Part shown: one piece after another, positions 50,486 through 62,051 of the stretch
Layout: every line of letters starts with the position of its first letter
How positions within the stretch are numbered: position 1 is the first letter of the stretch
Assembly: GCA_009914755.4 (NCBI GenBank)
Contig: CP086569.2
Span: 19,520,001-19,584,000 of the forward strand
From: the human T2T-CHM13v2.0 reference genome, Homo sapiens
Length of the DNA stretch: 64,000 bases
Reading direction: 5' to 3'
Translations under genes and position numbers: made by a program
Notes under the pieces: generated by a model
Database searches by the model: none
The model's input: only the letters and a program-made list of their open reading frames with translations
Told to the model about the DNA's origin: nothing

Positions 50486-52937
50486 TGACTTTTCAAACAG
50501 CAAACATGGAAGAAACAAGGTCAAGCTGTCTGTGAACCTTGGGATATAGGTATATTAAAATATTTCAATAGACATTTAAATAAATCCATGGTGTCAGGTC
50601 CTGGTAAATCATATATTTTGGATGAACAAATGGGATTGCCTAACTTTGGGTCAGTGCTGTTTTAAAAATTGCAAGAAAACTGCCATATTATCTGCTAGGT
50701 TGAAAGCATTTCCTATTTTCAGAAAGAGGAAAAAACGCACATCTCCTTGGCTACAACAGGGTACAATCAGAGTGACCCAAAACAACAAGAGAAACATGTA
50801 TTAAATGCCTCTTTTCAGTCATATCCCATGCACTTTTATTATACACTGACTAATTTAATGTGAATCCTAAGATAAGAACAGATTATTATTCTTTCACATA
50901 CTCCTGGTTATACTGAGAACAAGAACAAGTCATGCCAAACTTACCGCTTGTTTTTTCTTTCTTTTCTTTTTTCTTTCTTTCTTTTTTTTTTTTTTTTGAA
51001 GGGAGGTGTTGTAGGTAAACTGAAAAACCGAAATTCATTTTAAGAAATAGTTAGGTATCCTCCTATGGACAAACAGGAGACCTGGAGCCTCAGTGAAAAT
51101 TCAAAATATTGCTAGCATGATGTCTTCTGTTAGAGCAGATAAACCATTGGTGTCATTCACTGTGGTATCTCTACAGCTATAAGACTGACAGAAACTGAAA
51201 AATTACTCATAATTGCTGAATGAGTAATTGCTCATAGCTGACTTCAGGGTCAATACTCAGAGAACATTGGGTGTTCCATGTCACTGTATGGCACAGAGTT
51301 CCTAGGAAGGCTTTGAGGTTGAGCTTAACCCAATCTAGATCGCATTTAAATTAACTTGAAAGAAGACAAATTACAATATTCAAAGATAATACCAAGGGCT
51401 GCTAATTTATTAGAAGGCAGAAATTGGATTCAAAGTGATCTCCATGGCACAGAGACTTAGGTGACTCTAACAAGATTGAAGTTAGGAGAATAAGAAATGA
51501 AACCCTGGGCTTAAAATCAACCTTTCAACAATAGGACAAAGGAAACCTAGATTAGATACAGTTTATCTGTATCAACACAAAAGTGTGAACTTAATGCAAG
51601 CTCAGTAGAGCTAAAAGTCTGGTAGGTTTTTCAAGTAAGCTAATGCAATTCTGTTTGGTTTTAAGAGGAAAATCAAGGAGAATGGTGATTTTCTTTTTGA
51701 GGAGATCAATAAGTCTTTCCTGTGTGTGTTAAAGGGAAGAGGTGGGCAGCACTGAGGCTAGGGAATGCTATGCAAAAAAGACAAGAGCAACTGAAGGGAC
51801 TGAGGGTGTTTAAGTGTTTTTTGGGGACCTTTTTGTGGTGGAAAGGGAGTAGGGTACAGCACAGTACTTTCATTAAATACAATAAGCTGTCTAATGGGAA
51901 AAAAAAGAGAGAGATTTAGCTCAGGATGACAAATAAATTTCCTTCATGAGTGAATCCTAATCAACTGGTAGTGACTGCCAGGAACTGGTGCTCAGAAAGA
52001 TTCCAAAACTAAGTGGGATTGGTAGGAAAAAATGCTGTGATCAATTATCTATGTCTGCTATGAATCTGGGGAAGTGTAGTGCCTACATGAGGGCCAAGTA
52101 TTTGCTGACACTGAAGTAGAGAGACTTGTTCCAAACTGTTACATAGGTTAAGCCAAGGGCTGCTCATGTGGACTCACTGAAAACTATAATCTAAGGGGTG
52201 GCTGGAACACCACCAGTGCCAGAGTGAGGGGATGCTGAATGACCATGGAAGTCACTGTTATTATTTTAAGTTTCAGGTAAATGCACAATAAAACTCATGG
52301 ATTCCAGTGCCAAAGACATCCCTTTTTTGTAACAAGCCTCTTTGCAGCCTCTATAGGAGAGATTCTAGAAAAACTGCCCGGTGCTCCTGACAGCAGTAGT
52401 TTCAGTCGTTCCATAGACCTGGTTTCATGAGTCTAAACATGGTATAGCATGGGACACGTCTATTGCAAGGAGGAGGGGCAGGTTGACCTCTATTGATAGG
52501 TCTCTAATGCAACATTTTCCTATTAATATTATAAGCAATTCTCCCATTTTTAGAAGTTGTGCTAGTGTTTAGACAAAACTTTCTCTAATTATATTTCTGT
52601 ATTCAACTGTGGGATACAAAGTGTGGGGGAGGACAGGAGTGAGAGGGTTTTCAGTCACAGATTTATTTTTTGTTTTTAAATGGTGGACTGTTGATTCTAT
52701 CTAACACATTTACAACCTATAAACCTATTTTTAGAACACTGTTTTCATCATTTCATCATTCCACTCAAAAATATGGATGTGTGTCAGGTACAGGATCATG
52801 TATTGGTATTCAAAATGGACTCCCAAATTGAAAACACATTTTTTTCTTCAGCCCTATTATTCCATCTCTGCTAGAGTTGAGTTGTTTACTTATATTTTCC
52901 CCCAAGTTTATGTTAGTTGTATCCACTTCAGGGCTAC

Positions 52938-53521
52938 TGTGGGAAAGAGAGTTTCTGGTATGCCAGATAAGTTAGTCTCCCCTGTGTGAGATGCCCATAG
53001 GGAGCCATGGGTGACCTCTGAGGAGAAAAGTCTCCTTATTGCCTTCACGTCTTTATGTCCCAAGACCATAACAGTTCAGCGGCATGCCACAGGTTGCTTG
53101 GGGAACTAATACTCCCTTGAACAGTGGAGTACAGTCAAACATCTTGGCTTCTCCTGAAAACCACTCCCACCCATTTCAGATCTTCAGTTAAAGATCTTAA
53201 GTAGTTTAGAAACACACCTTTGCTCAAGGAAATTCACAGAAACTACCAGTGCTATACATCTTATTGGATGACTCACACATTCTCCTTCACCAATCAATCC
53301 TTTTCCTCATGTCTTCCTACCCCTCGCATCTTTCCTAAGAACAAAGAACTTGTAAACAAATAAGTTGGGAGGAGGCCGAGAGCTTGAGGTCACGAGCAAG
53401 CCTCCCAGGCTCCAGTCCCATCGATCCACCTTTTAAGCTATGATTCTGTCTCTTTCTAATTCCTTTGTCTCCTCTAGACTCAGGATATTTGCCAGATGGT
53501 GTGGGGATGGTTTCCCTATCA
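52938..53521 (+). repeat. Provirus 2 5' LTR
   Basis: TGTGGGAAAGAGAGTTTCTGG...GGTTTCCCTATCA. Homologous to 58257-58843. Confidence 0.9.
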
Positions 53522-53523
53522 TC

Positions 53524-53541
53524 TGGCACCTAACACGGGGC
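53524..53541 (+). promoter_or_regulatory. Primer-binding site (tRNA-Lys-type, degenerate)
   Basis: TGGCACCTAACACGGGGC lies 2 nt after the LTR end. The canonical HERV-K PBS is TGGCGCCCAACGTGGGGC. Confidence 0.75.
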
Positions 53542-53690
53542 TCCCTCTAATCTCTACAAATAATCCAGTGAAGGAATGCCAGAATGTGGAAAGTGGAGGA
53601 GACTGACAAAGGAAGCCTGAGTACATTTTCACTTCAAGCTCTACAGGTAAGGAGGGAGCCCAGAGAAATCCAGAGTAACCTCAGGAAAAT

Positions 53691-55310
53691 GTGGGTCAGG
53701 CTGAGACTAAGTTTGCTAATTACTTAAGCCCAGTACGGCAGTTATTGCACTATGGAGGGTTAATTGTGAGTACCCGAAATCTCATGTCTTTGTTCCATCT
53801 CATAGAAAAGTGTTCTCCTTGGTTCCCAGAATATGGAACCATGAATGTAAAAGATTCAGACAAGGTTGGATCAGACTTGAGCACAACTAGAGGGCCATGA
53901 TATTCCCTTCCCCACTTGATCTGTGTGGTCAACAATTAAAACAGCACTGGAGCCTTTCCACACTGAGGAGCAGGAGAAGTTTCAGGATGACATAGGAAAG
54001 TTTAATAATCAGGAGTCTGATGATCAGCAAGTTGAACCATCACAGTCCAGTTTTAAAAAGGGGGATAAAAGGGAAGGTATATATGCTAACCTCCAAAAAC
54101 TTATGAAAGAAACTGTTCCACCTAATGCAGAAACAGGGACACCTACTGCACCTTTAGGGTAAGTTTGGAATGGCCACGCCCACCTCAGCCTTCTGAATGT
54201 TTGGAACAGGACCCTGAGCCGTGGCTTGCCACTCCCATTGTTGCACGCCCCACCATTAACTATGGCGAAGGGAAATTCAGGCTCGCCCAACAGCCAATTA
54301 CAGTGAGGGAGTGATCCAGGTTGGTCTGTCTGTTAATTATGGTAGAGGAATGCTGCCTGCCAGCCCAAATACAAATTATGGCATAGGGATGATCCAGGCA
54401 TCCATTTGCCAGGCATGAGAAATGGAGGATTTGGATGCATGGCAGTTTCCGGTAATTATTTTGCCAGCTGAGGAGCCCAGAGAACATGCTGAAGCACGCT
54501 GAGAGCCATTTCCTTTTAAAATATTGAAAGACTTAAAGTAAGCAATTGGACAATATGGGCCAGATTCTCCTCATGTTCATTCCTTGTTAAAATCTGTGGC
54601 TTATAACCGGTGTTTAATACCTATGGATTGGGAATCATTAGCCCAGTTCACCCTGTCCTTGTCTGAATTTCTCCAATTTAAAACTTGGTGGACTGGTGAA
54701 GAAACAAATCAGGCATGCAGAAATGCTCAACACCAACCTCCCGTTAATATCACATCTGATCAATTGCTTGGAATTGGAGAGACATGGGGAACTATAAATC
54801 AACAGATGGTAATGGGTCGATGAGGCTGTTGATCAGCTCAGAACTATATCCCTAAGAGCCTGGAAAAAAAATTCATGATCCTGGTACCACTTATCCTTCT
54901 TTTAACTCAGTTTGACAGGGTCCAAGGCAGTCTTATCCAGATATTATCTCCCATTTGCAAGATACTGCTCAAAAGGGTATTTCAGATTCTCATGGCAGGA
55001 AACTGCTCGTTCAGCTGCTTGCTTATGAAAATGCTAATACAGAATGTCAGGCAGCACTTAGATCTATTAAGGGAAAGGCAGATCTAAATGAGGAAATATC
55101 TGCAAATGAATGCATTAAAGCCTGTGATGGCATTGGGGGGCACTTACATAAGGCAAGCCTCCTTGTCCAGACAATTGCTGGGCTAAGAGTAACAAAAAAC
55201 ACACAAATGTTCCCTGGATCTTGGTATAATTTTGGACAGATAGGCCTATACAAAAAGAGAGTGTACAAAGAGCCAAATAAGACAAAACTCAGTACCAGGC
55301 CCTGATTCAA
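53691..55310 (+). pseudogene. gag: Provirus 2 gag (MA-p15-CA-NC), disrupted by frameshifts and stops
   Basis: It begins MGQAETKFANYLSPVRQLLHYGGLIVSTRNLMSLFHLIEKCSPWFPEYGT. The HERV-K Gag equivalent is MGQTKSKIKSKYASYLSFIKILLKRGGVKVSTKNLIKLFQIIEQFCPWFPEQGT. Later frames read ...FKTWWTGEETNQACRNAQHQPPVNITSDQLLGIGETWGTINQQ and ...DTAQKGISDSHGRKLLVQLLAYENANTECQAALRSIKGKADL...IKACDGIGGHLHKASLLVQTIAG. A degenerate zinc knuckle WYNFGQIGLYKK follows. Confidence 0.9.
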
Positions 55311-55399
55311 AATGGGGCATTCCCAATTTAGAATGGGACATCCCCAACTCCAAATGGAGTGTTCCCAGCCCAGTCTATCCCTGTACAAATGTATAGCAA

Positions 55400-56235
55400 T
55401 TGTCCCCCTCCACAGCTAAAAGTGGGGCAGTAGATTTATGCTGTACAAAAGCTGTATCCCTCCTTCCTGGGGAGCCTCCTAGGAAGGTCCCAATGGGAGA
55501 TTACAGTCCATTGCCAAACGGCACGGTGGGACTTATACAGGGAAGGTCCAGCTTAAAACTAAAGGGAATTCAAGTACATACTGAAGTAGTGGACTCTGAT
55601 TGCCAGGGAGAAATTCAAATAGTTATCTCCCCCACTGTTCCCTGGAGTGCTAATCCAGGTGACAGAATAGCTCAACTGTTGCTTTTACTGTATGTTAAGC
55701 TAGGAGAAAGCTCAGAAAAAAGAACAGGAGGATTTGGAAGCACAAATACAGCAGGCAAGGCTGCCTATTGGGTAAATCAAGTCTCTGACAACAGACCTAT
55801 TTTTACGGTCACTATGCAAGGAAAACAATTTGAGGGTCTGGCTGACACAGGAGCAGATGTGTCGATAATAGTTCTTTATCAATGGGTGAAAACTGGCTCA
55901 AACAAAAGGCCCCAGTGGATCTTGTTGGGGTCAGGACTGCTTCAGAAGTTTTCCAGAGTACTATTATGGTACCATGTCTTGGTCCAGAAGAACAGGAAGG
56001 CACAATACAACCTCTAATTATACACACTCCTGTTAACTTATTGGGGAGAGGTCTGCTTCAACAATGGGGCACAGAAATTTCAATCCCTCCTCAACGGTAT
56101 GGTCAAGCTAGTCAAAAAATAATGTCAAACATGGGCTATGTTCACATAAAAGGCCTAGAAAAGGAGAAGGGCATTACTGAATCCATACACGTTACTGTAA
56201 AAAGTGACCGAAAAGGATTAGGTTACCATTTTTAG
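55400..56235 (+). pseudogene. pro: Provirus 2 pro region: dUTPase-like domain, aspartic protease (DTGAD) and a C-terminal G-patch, with a frameshift
   Basis: The 205-aa ORF reads ...GTVGLIQGRSSLKLKGIQVHTEVVDSDCQGEIQIVISPTVPWSANPGDRIAQLLLL...TVTMQGKQFEGLADTGADVSIIV. The overlapping frame reads ...[39 protein letters not shown], which is G-patch-like. Confidence 0.85.
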
Positions 56236-56269
56236 GGGCAGTCACTGTTGAGCCTCCAAGCCCTATTCC

Positions 56270-57140
56270 CTTAAAATGGAAGGCCCAAATTCCTGTTTGG
56301 GTCAAACAGCGCCTGTTTTTTCAGGAATAAAATGGGGACCATACAGGAATTAGTCAAAGAGCAATTAAACAAAGGAAATATTGAGCCCACATTTTCTCCA
56401 CGTAATTTGCCAGTGTTTGTAATAAAGAAAAAATCCGGCAGATGGCGCATGCTAACCGACTTATGAGCAGTCAGTGCAGTCATCCAGCCAATGAGGGTCC
56501 TGAAGCCAGGGCTTCCATCCCCAACCATGATTCCTAGAGTGTCTGTTAATAATTACAGATTTGAAGGATTGCTTTTTAAATATTCCTCTAGTGGAGTCTG
56601 ATTTTGAGAAATTTGCTTTTACTACTCATGCTATGAACAACAGGAACCAGCGGCCAGATATCATTGGAAAGTCCTGTCACAGGATATGTTGAATAGTCCT
56701 ATTATTGGTAAAATTTCTGTGAGGGAGGCTATTCAGCCTGTGAGAGATCAGTTTCCAGGTTCGTATATCATTTATTGTACAGATGATATACTGTGTGCGG
56801 CCGAAAATCGAGACCGACTTATCCATTGTTATTTATATATACAGGAGGTGATATATACAGGAGGTGGTAACCAATGCTGGATTGCTCATAGCACCAGATA
56901 AAATTCAAATGACTACTCCTTTCCAATATTTGGGAATGCAGGTTCAGGAAAGGGCAATTAAACCCCAAAAGGTTCAATTTTGAAAAGACTCTCTGGAAAC
57001 TTTAAATGATTTTCAAGAAGTATTAGGGGATGTCAATTGGATTCTACCTACTTTGGGAATCCCTACCTATACTCTGTCTAATCTGTTCTCTATTTTAAGA
57101 GGAGACCCTGCTCTCAATAGTAAATGAGAACTGACTCCTG
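56270..57140 (+). pseudogene. pol: Provirus 2 pol remnant (reverse-transcriptase fingers, palm and thumb only). RNase H and integrase are deleted
   Basis: The frame reads ...[49 protein letters not shown], matching HERV-K [51 protein letters not shown]. The YIDD motif has mutated to CTDD. Downstream reads ...[81 protein letters not shown]. Confidence 0.85.
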
Positions 57141-57149
57141 AGGCTGACA

Positions 57150-58239
57150 AAGATGATCGATCCAATTATAAGTCCAGAACACCCAGAATTGTGGAAATTA
57201 ATGATGGCTCAAACCCCATTTCGGGTTTGGAAAGGATAATATAAAACAGACCCATAGTACAAAATTTTGATTTGTTGCAGCCATGACCTGTAATCGGATG
57301 GTCCCACTGCAGAGTTGTGTTAAATCTTTTATATTGGAAGTGAGAAAAATTAATATCCTACCTGACTCTCAAACCATATCATGCCTTAACTGTCACCTTT
57401 TTACCTGCATTATTTCTACCTTTAATAAAGATAACAGCATTTTTACTGGTTAGGGCCCAAGAAGGAGTTTGGATACTTGTTTCCCTCAATAGACCTTGGA
57501 AGGCCTCTCCCTCCATACATATTACCACCATTTAGTAGAAGTACTAAAAAGAATACTTAATAGATCAAGCAGATTCATATTTACTTTAATAGCTGTGCTC
57601 ATGGGCCTTACAGTTGTCACAGCTACTGCTGCTGTTGCTGCTGGTGTTGCCTCCCAGACTTCTATTCCACCTGCGGGCTTTCTGGCAGAAAAATACTTCT
57701 TAGCTTTGGAATTCCCAAAGCCAAATACATCAAAAATTGGCAAATTAAGTTAATAATCTCCATCAAACAGTAATTTGGATGGGACATCAGATTATGAGTT
57801 TGGAGCACAGAATTCAAATGCAATGTGAATGGAATATTTCTGATTTTTTTTATTACTCCTGGCTCTTATAATGCCACCGAACACCACTGGGACTTGATTA
57901 TATGTCACCTACAAGGAAAAGAAGATAATTTAACATTAGATATTGCTAAACTGAAAAAAAAAAAACCCAAAAACTATTTGAGGCATCTCAGGCTCATCTC
58001 AGCCTGTTGCCTGGAGCTGATATTCTTGCTGGAGACGTTGATGGCCTTTCTAATATCAACCACTTAAGGTGGATTAAAATCATAGGTGGATCAATAGTTG
58101 CAAATTTTATTTTGGTTTGTGTCTGTTTATGCTGTTTGTTTTTAGTTTACAGATGTAGATGGCACCTTGGGAGAGAAGCCAGACACTGTGAACTAGCTAT
58201 GATAGCAATGGTGGTTATTAATAAAAAAAAAATTAATAG
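57150..58239 (+). pseudogene. env: Provirus 2 env remnant (SU C-terminal part plus TM), with frameshifts
   Basis: ...MIDPIISPEHPELWKLMMAQTP...; ...[26 protein letters not shown] (fusion-peptide region); ...[35 protein letters not shown]...; ...IKIIGGSIVANFILVCVCLCCLFLVYRCRW (membrane anchor). Confidence 0.85.
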
Positions 58240-58256
58240 AGACCAAAAGGGGGACA
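58240..58256 (+). promoter_or_regulatory. Polypurine tract
   Basis: agaccaaaagggggaca lies immediately 5' of the 3' LTR start TGTGGG. Confidence 0.75.
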
Positions 58257-58843
58257 TGTGGGAAAGAGAGTTTCTGGGATGCCAGATGAGCTGGTCTCCC
58301 CTATGTGAGACACCCATGGGGAGCCATGGACAGCCTCTGAGGAGAAAAGTCTCCTTATTGCCTTCATGTCCTTATGCCCCCTGAGCACAACAGCTCAGCA
58401 GCATGCCACAAGTTGCTTGGGGAAATAACACTCCCTTGAAGCAGTGGAGTATAATCAGAGATCTTGGCTTCTCCTGAAACCCACTCCCACCCATTTCAGT
58501 CCCAACAAGTTAAAGATCTTAAGTAGTTTAGACACATGCCTTTGCTCAAGGAAATTCACAGAATCCACCACTGCTATACATATTATTGAATGACTCACAA
58601 CTTCTCCTTCACTGATTAATACTTTCCCTCATGCTTCCTATGCCTCCCATCTGCCCTAAGAACAAAGAACTTGCAAACCAATAAATTAGGTTGAGATCGA
58701 GAGCTCAGGGCTGTGAGCAAGCCTCCAATGGCTCTGGTCCCCTGGACCTGCCTTTTAAACTCTTATTTTGTCTCTTTCTAATTCCTTTGTCTCCGCTGAA
58801 CTCGGGATAGCCTCCGGGTGAGGTGGGGCTGGTTTCTCCAACA
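58257..58843 (+). repeat. Provirus 2 3' LTR
   Basis: TGTGGGAAAGAGAGTTTCTGGGATGCC...GGTTTCTCCAACA. Confidence 0.9.
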
Positions 58844-59849
58844 GCTACTATTATTTTTCTCATCATTACTGGAATGTTCTCCCTGATTCTGCCTGCAACA
58901 CCTCCTTATCCTTTAAAATCCAACTAGGTCTATCCTCCTTCTCAACTATTTCCAACAAAAACCTGTAGGTTCTCCACTTTCTAAGAAGCCCTATCACTCT
59001 TACTGCCTCTTAAAGAGTTTTTCACAGACACAGATTAAAACTCATTGTACACTTCTACAATGCTGTGTACAAAGCTGACACTGATCCAATCTGTCCTCAC
59101 AGGACTTAGATACTTTATCAGGCTTACTTCCCAGCACACAACACTGGACTCAGGGTAGATGCCTCACTGCCCCCAAGAAGGTTCTGAATTTTTGTTTGTT
59201 TTTTATTCCTTTGCTCATTTTCCCCTTCCAACAATGGTCTCCTTTTTGCCCACCACCCAAATCCTACCCAAGGCCTTGATGGAGTCACATATATTCCAAG
59301 AGATGATCTAGATCACTTCCATCTTCCACCACCTCCCCTTTACACTCCTTACTTAGTTTACCATGTTATTTTAATTCCTGCTCAATTCCCTGGCTGTAAT
59401 ATTTTCATTATCGATTCTGAGAGATTTGGTTTTTCTTCATTCTAATTATATTTAAGCATCATGAGGAAATGCTCACCTTCCCTCACAACACACAAGGGGT
59501 GGTACTCAAAAACGTTTACTTCTGTGGGTCTCAATCCAGATCCACCTTGCTTCCAAGAAAACATACGGCAATGTTTGGAGACATTTTTGGTTGTCACCAT
59601 TGGGGTCGAAGATGCTACCGACAAAATAGCGACCAAGGATACAGCTAAATCTACAATGCACACGACAGCCTCCCTAAAGAATCTTCTGGCTCCAAAAGGC
59701 AAAAGTGGCGCCGTTAAAATACCACGGATTAGCGGAATGACCCAGTAAACCATGAAAGCAAAGCCCCCCAGAGGGCAGACACTTGCAGGTGGAAGTGCTG
59801 GCTGCATAATGAGCCGGTCAGGACCTCGCAGGTTACCCGGCTACCCCTG

Positions 59850-60560
59850 GGAGGGGTGGAGATACAGAACCAAACTCTTCCCTCACATAGGGCCTGAAAA
59901 GTCCCACAGGGACTCAAAACAGCTGCTCCCGACTCTTTCCATTCCCTACCTGCAGCGAGAGGCTGACAACGTATCAGTCCCGCCGCAGAGACTGAGCTCA
60001 GCAGCTTTACCGTTAATGCCCGCCCCAGGACGCACCACCCTGCCCCCCCCCACCCCCGCGCAGTTCTCCCAATACCCTGCAGACGTGCACTTGCGAGATG
60101 TGGGTGGAGCTTCCGGCGTGTGCTCAGCAACCAAGTACATTTGCCTTGTCTCTGCAGATCTGGAAGGCTGTACTTAGTAGGTCTCCAGGAGGGGCACGAT
60201 GGGATGTGAGGGTAATCAACTTCTAGTCCTGCCTCGCCTACTTCCATCTCTAGTCTCCGCGTCCTCGCCCTCCAGCAGCCTTTCAGCTGTGGCTGGAAGA
60301 GAGCAAGCTCACGTGTTTGGTAGAAAACCTAGTTGAAAGTGCAAGGCAGATAGCGTTCAGCACTCTTGTTCATCCCTCAGAACAGAGGCAGGGCTCTGAG
60401 AGCAGCAATGAGCCCTCATGTTGGTTCTGCAGCCCAGGTTGGGCACTCAACTTGGGACACAGGGGGGCAAGCGAGGCAGCTCGGGAGGAAGCTCAGGCTT
60501 GATGGTGGCTCAGGAAGACACACCTGTCCCTCCTTGGGGACAGGCAGAAATGAAGTTTGG
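59850..60560. promoter_or_regulatory. Decayed CpG-rich segment, likely a remnant of the TRAPPC2/OFD1-type bidirectional promoter
   Basis: GC-rich with clustered CpGs: cccgccgcag, cccgcgcag, gacgtgcacttgcgagatg, ttccggcgtg. It lies between the TRAPPC2-like (-) and OFD1-like (+) fragments. A candidate OFD1 exon-1-like ATG...GAGG|gtaatc is at about 60198-60213. Confidence 0.5.
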
Positions 60561-60685
60561 TTGATGTCCCCTCAAACCCCTTTCCTGTTAGGCCTCTTAG
60601 GGCTTCCCAGGAGGCCACTGATCTGTTTTCAGTCATTCATGTTCTCTCTGCCCCCCAGGTAACCTGTAGCCATTTTGTCTTCTAG

Positions 60686-60784
60686 TCCAACATGCTTCCT
60701 CTGTCTGACGTGTTCAGTCAATGTGAGCTACGCAAAAAGCTACACAAGACCTTGAAGAGTCGGGGTGTACTGGACACATTCAAG
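60686..60784 (+). pseudogene. OFD1: OFD1-like exon 2
   Basis: ttctag|TCC AAC ATG... translates to [33 protein letters not shown], then GTATGG. OFD1 has [33 protein letters not shown]. Confidence 0.9.
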
Positions 60785-61838
60785 GTATGGGATTTAGGCA
60801 TATTTGTGTCATAACTTTTACAAGTGCAACCTGTAACACGTAATTCACATTTAAATTCATCCAAAGTTTGGGTTTTAATAATAGTATGATATGTAGATTG
60901 TGTTTGTGAATTACATTTATATATTCCTGAATAACTCTGTCCTGAAAAACTACAGTCTCTTGAAAATACTTGAGAAAATGTTGAGTTTGAGTCAACTGAA
61001 AGGGGCATGTTCAAATAATTAATTAAAGTACCATTTTAGTAAGGTTAGGCTTGTTTTATAATTCTGGCTTACAGGTTCCTAAACATCATATAGAAAATAC
61101 TAGTGTACTATTTAATGATAGTTTCGGGAATGAACAATTTTATCCTTAAACCATATTGAAATGTCTGAATATTTAATTTGGGCAGCAAATATCTACTAAT
61201 ATACTTTGTATGTGAATTAACAGCCAGATATAGGTTTAGCTCAACTTCTTTTTATTGCAATATGCATTTCAAAAGCATATTTTACATTTAAAATATGTAG
61301 ATATATCCTGTGTATGTATCATTTTTTAATTTGAGTTATATTGAGTGAGCATTACCCTGTTTCCTTAAAGCTTTCTTGTAATCCTCATTTTCACTTTCAA
61401 CAGGCTTAAGTTTGGATATTTTTGTAATATACGTGGCAGTCCCTTGTTTTTGAATATTTTGATTACATTCTCCAACAATCCTGTGATAAACTGGTAGAAC
61501 TTTTTATATACTTCATATCCCAATCGTAAGCTGCTGAAATGGACTTCTAGGGAATTGAAATTAAGACTCTGCAAGTCGGTCTGACTAACCACCAGTTTCA
61601 CTTTGATTGTGCGGAAAGCCAGCTTTTTGCCAGAACCCACTGGACTGCTTCTCTCGTGGGATGAGACATGTGCAGGAGAAGTGTTCTAACTTCTGGTCAT
61701 GGATCTACAACAGTTATGAAAATAAAAGGAAGGTTTCCAATGAATGTAGCATATCTGTCTGTATCTCTACTCAGAAAATCCTGCTGAAATTTCATCCCCT
61801 TATCTTTGTATCTTTCTTTTCTCTTCTTTCTTTGTTAG

Positions 61839-62051
61839 ACACAACTTCAAAACCAGCTAATTCATGTGTTGATGCACCCTGTATTGAATGGAGAACTGCA
61901 TCCTCAGTTTATGTCAGTGGAAGGGAGCTACCTCCTACGAGGCACCTCTAACTCTTCAGTGGCTGATCACTCACAGAGATAGGGCTATGACTATCCACTT
62001 TTACTTCTTTTTTTCCAGAAAGTAGCTGAGCCAAAGAAAGGGTAAAGTATT
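61839..62051 (+). pseudogene. OFD1: OFD1-like exon 3, carrying a nonsense mutation and a 1-bp frameshift
   Basis: ttgttag|ACA CAA... translates to [54 protein letters not shown]1 has [52 protein letters not shown]. A TAG replaces the Cys codon at about 61990, and an extra T lies upstream of ...AAAGAAAGG|gtaaag. Confidence 0.9.

Larger units (their letters stand above)
52938..58843 (+). mobile_element. HERV-K/HML-type betaretrovirus-like provirus 2, internally deleted. Layout is LTR-PBS-gag-pro (dUTPase, protease, G-patch)-truncated RT, joined to the env SU C-terminus, then TM-PPT-LTR
   Basis: Two LTRs are homologous to each other, about 88-89% identical. Lys-type PBS is present. gag, pro and pol homologies are listed in the entries below. 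TSD is GCTAC at 52933-52937 and 58844-58848. Confidence 0.92.

Noticed and set aside
59442-60247. ORFs of 121-172 aa on both strands, one with a hydrophobic stretch (MQPALPP...LAVSLVAILSV...)
   Set aside because: They sit in the GC-rich promoter-remnant region, where long chance ORFs are expected. They show no recognisable protein homology and overlap each other on both strands. They could be retained TRAPPC2-like 5' UTR exon sequence but not coding sequence
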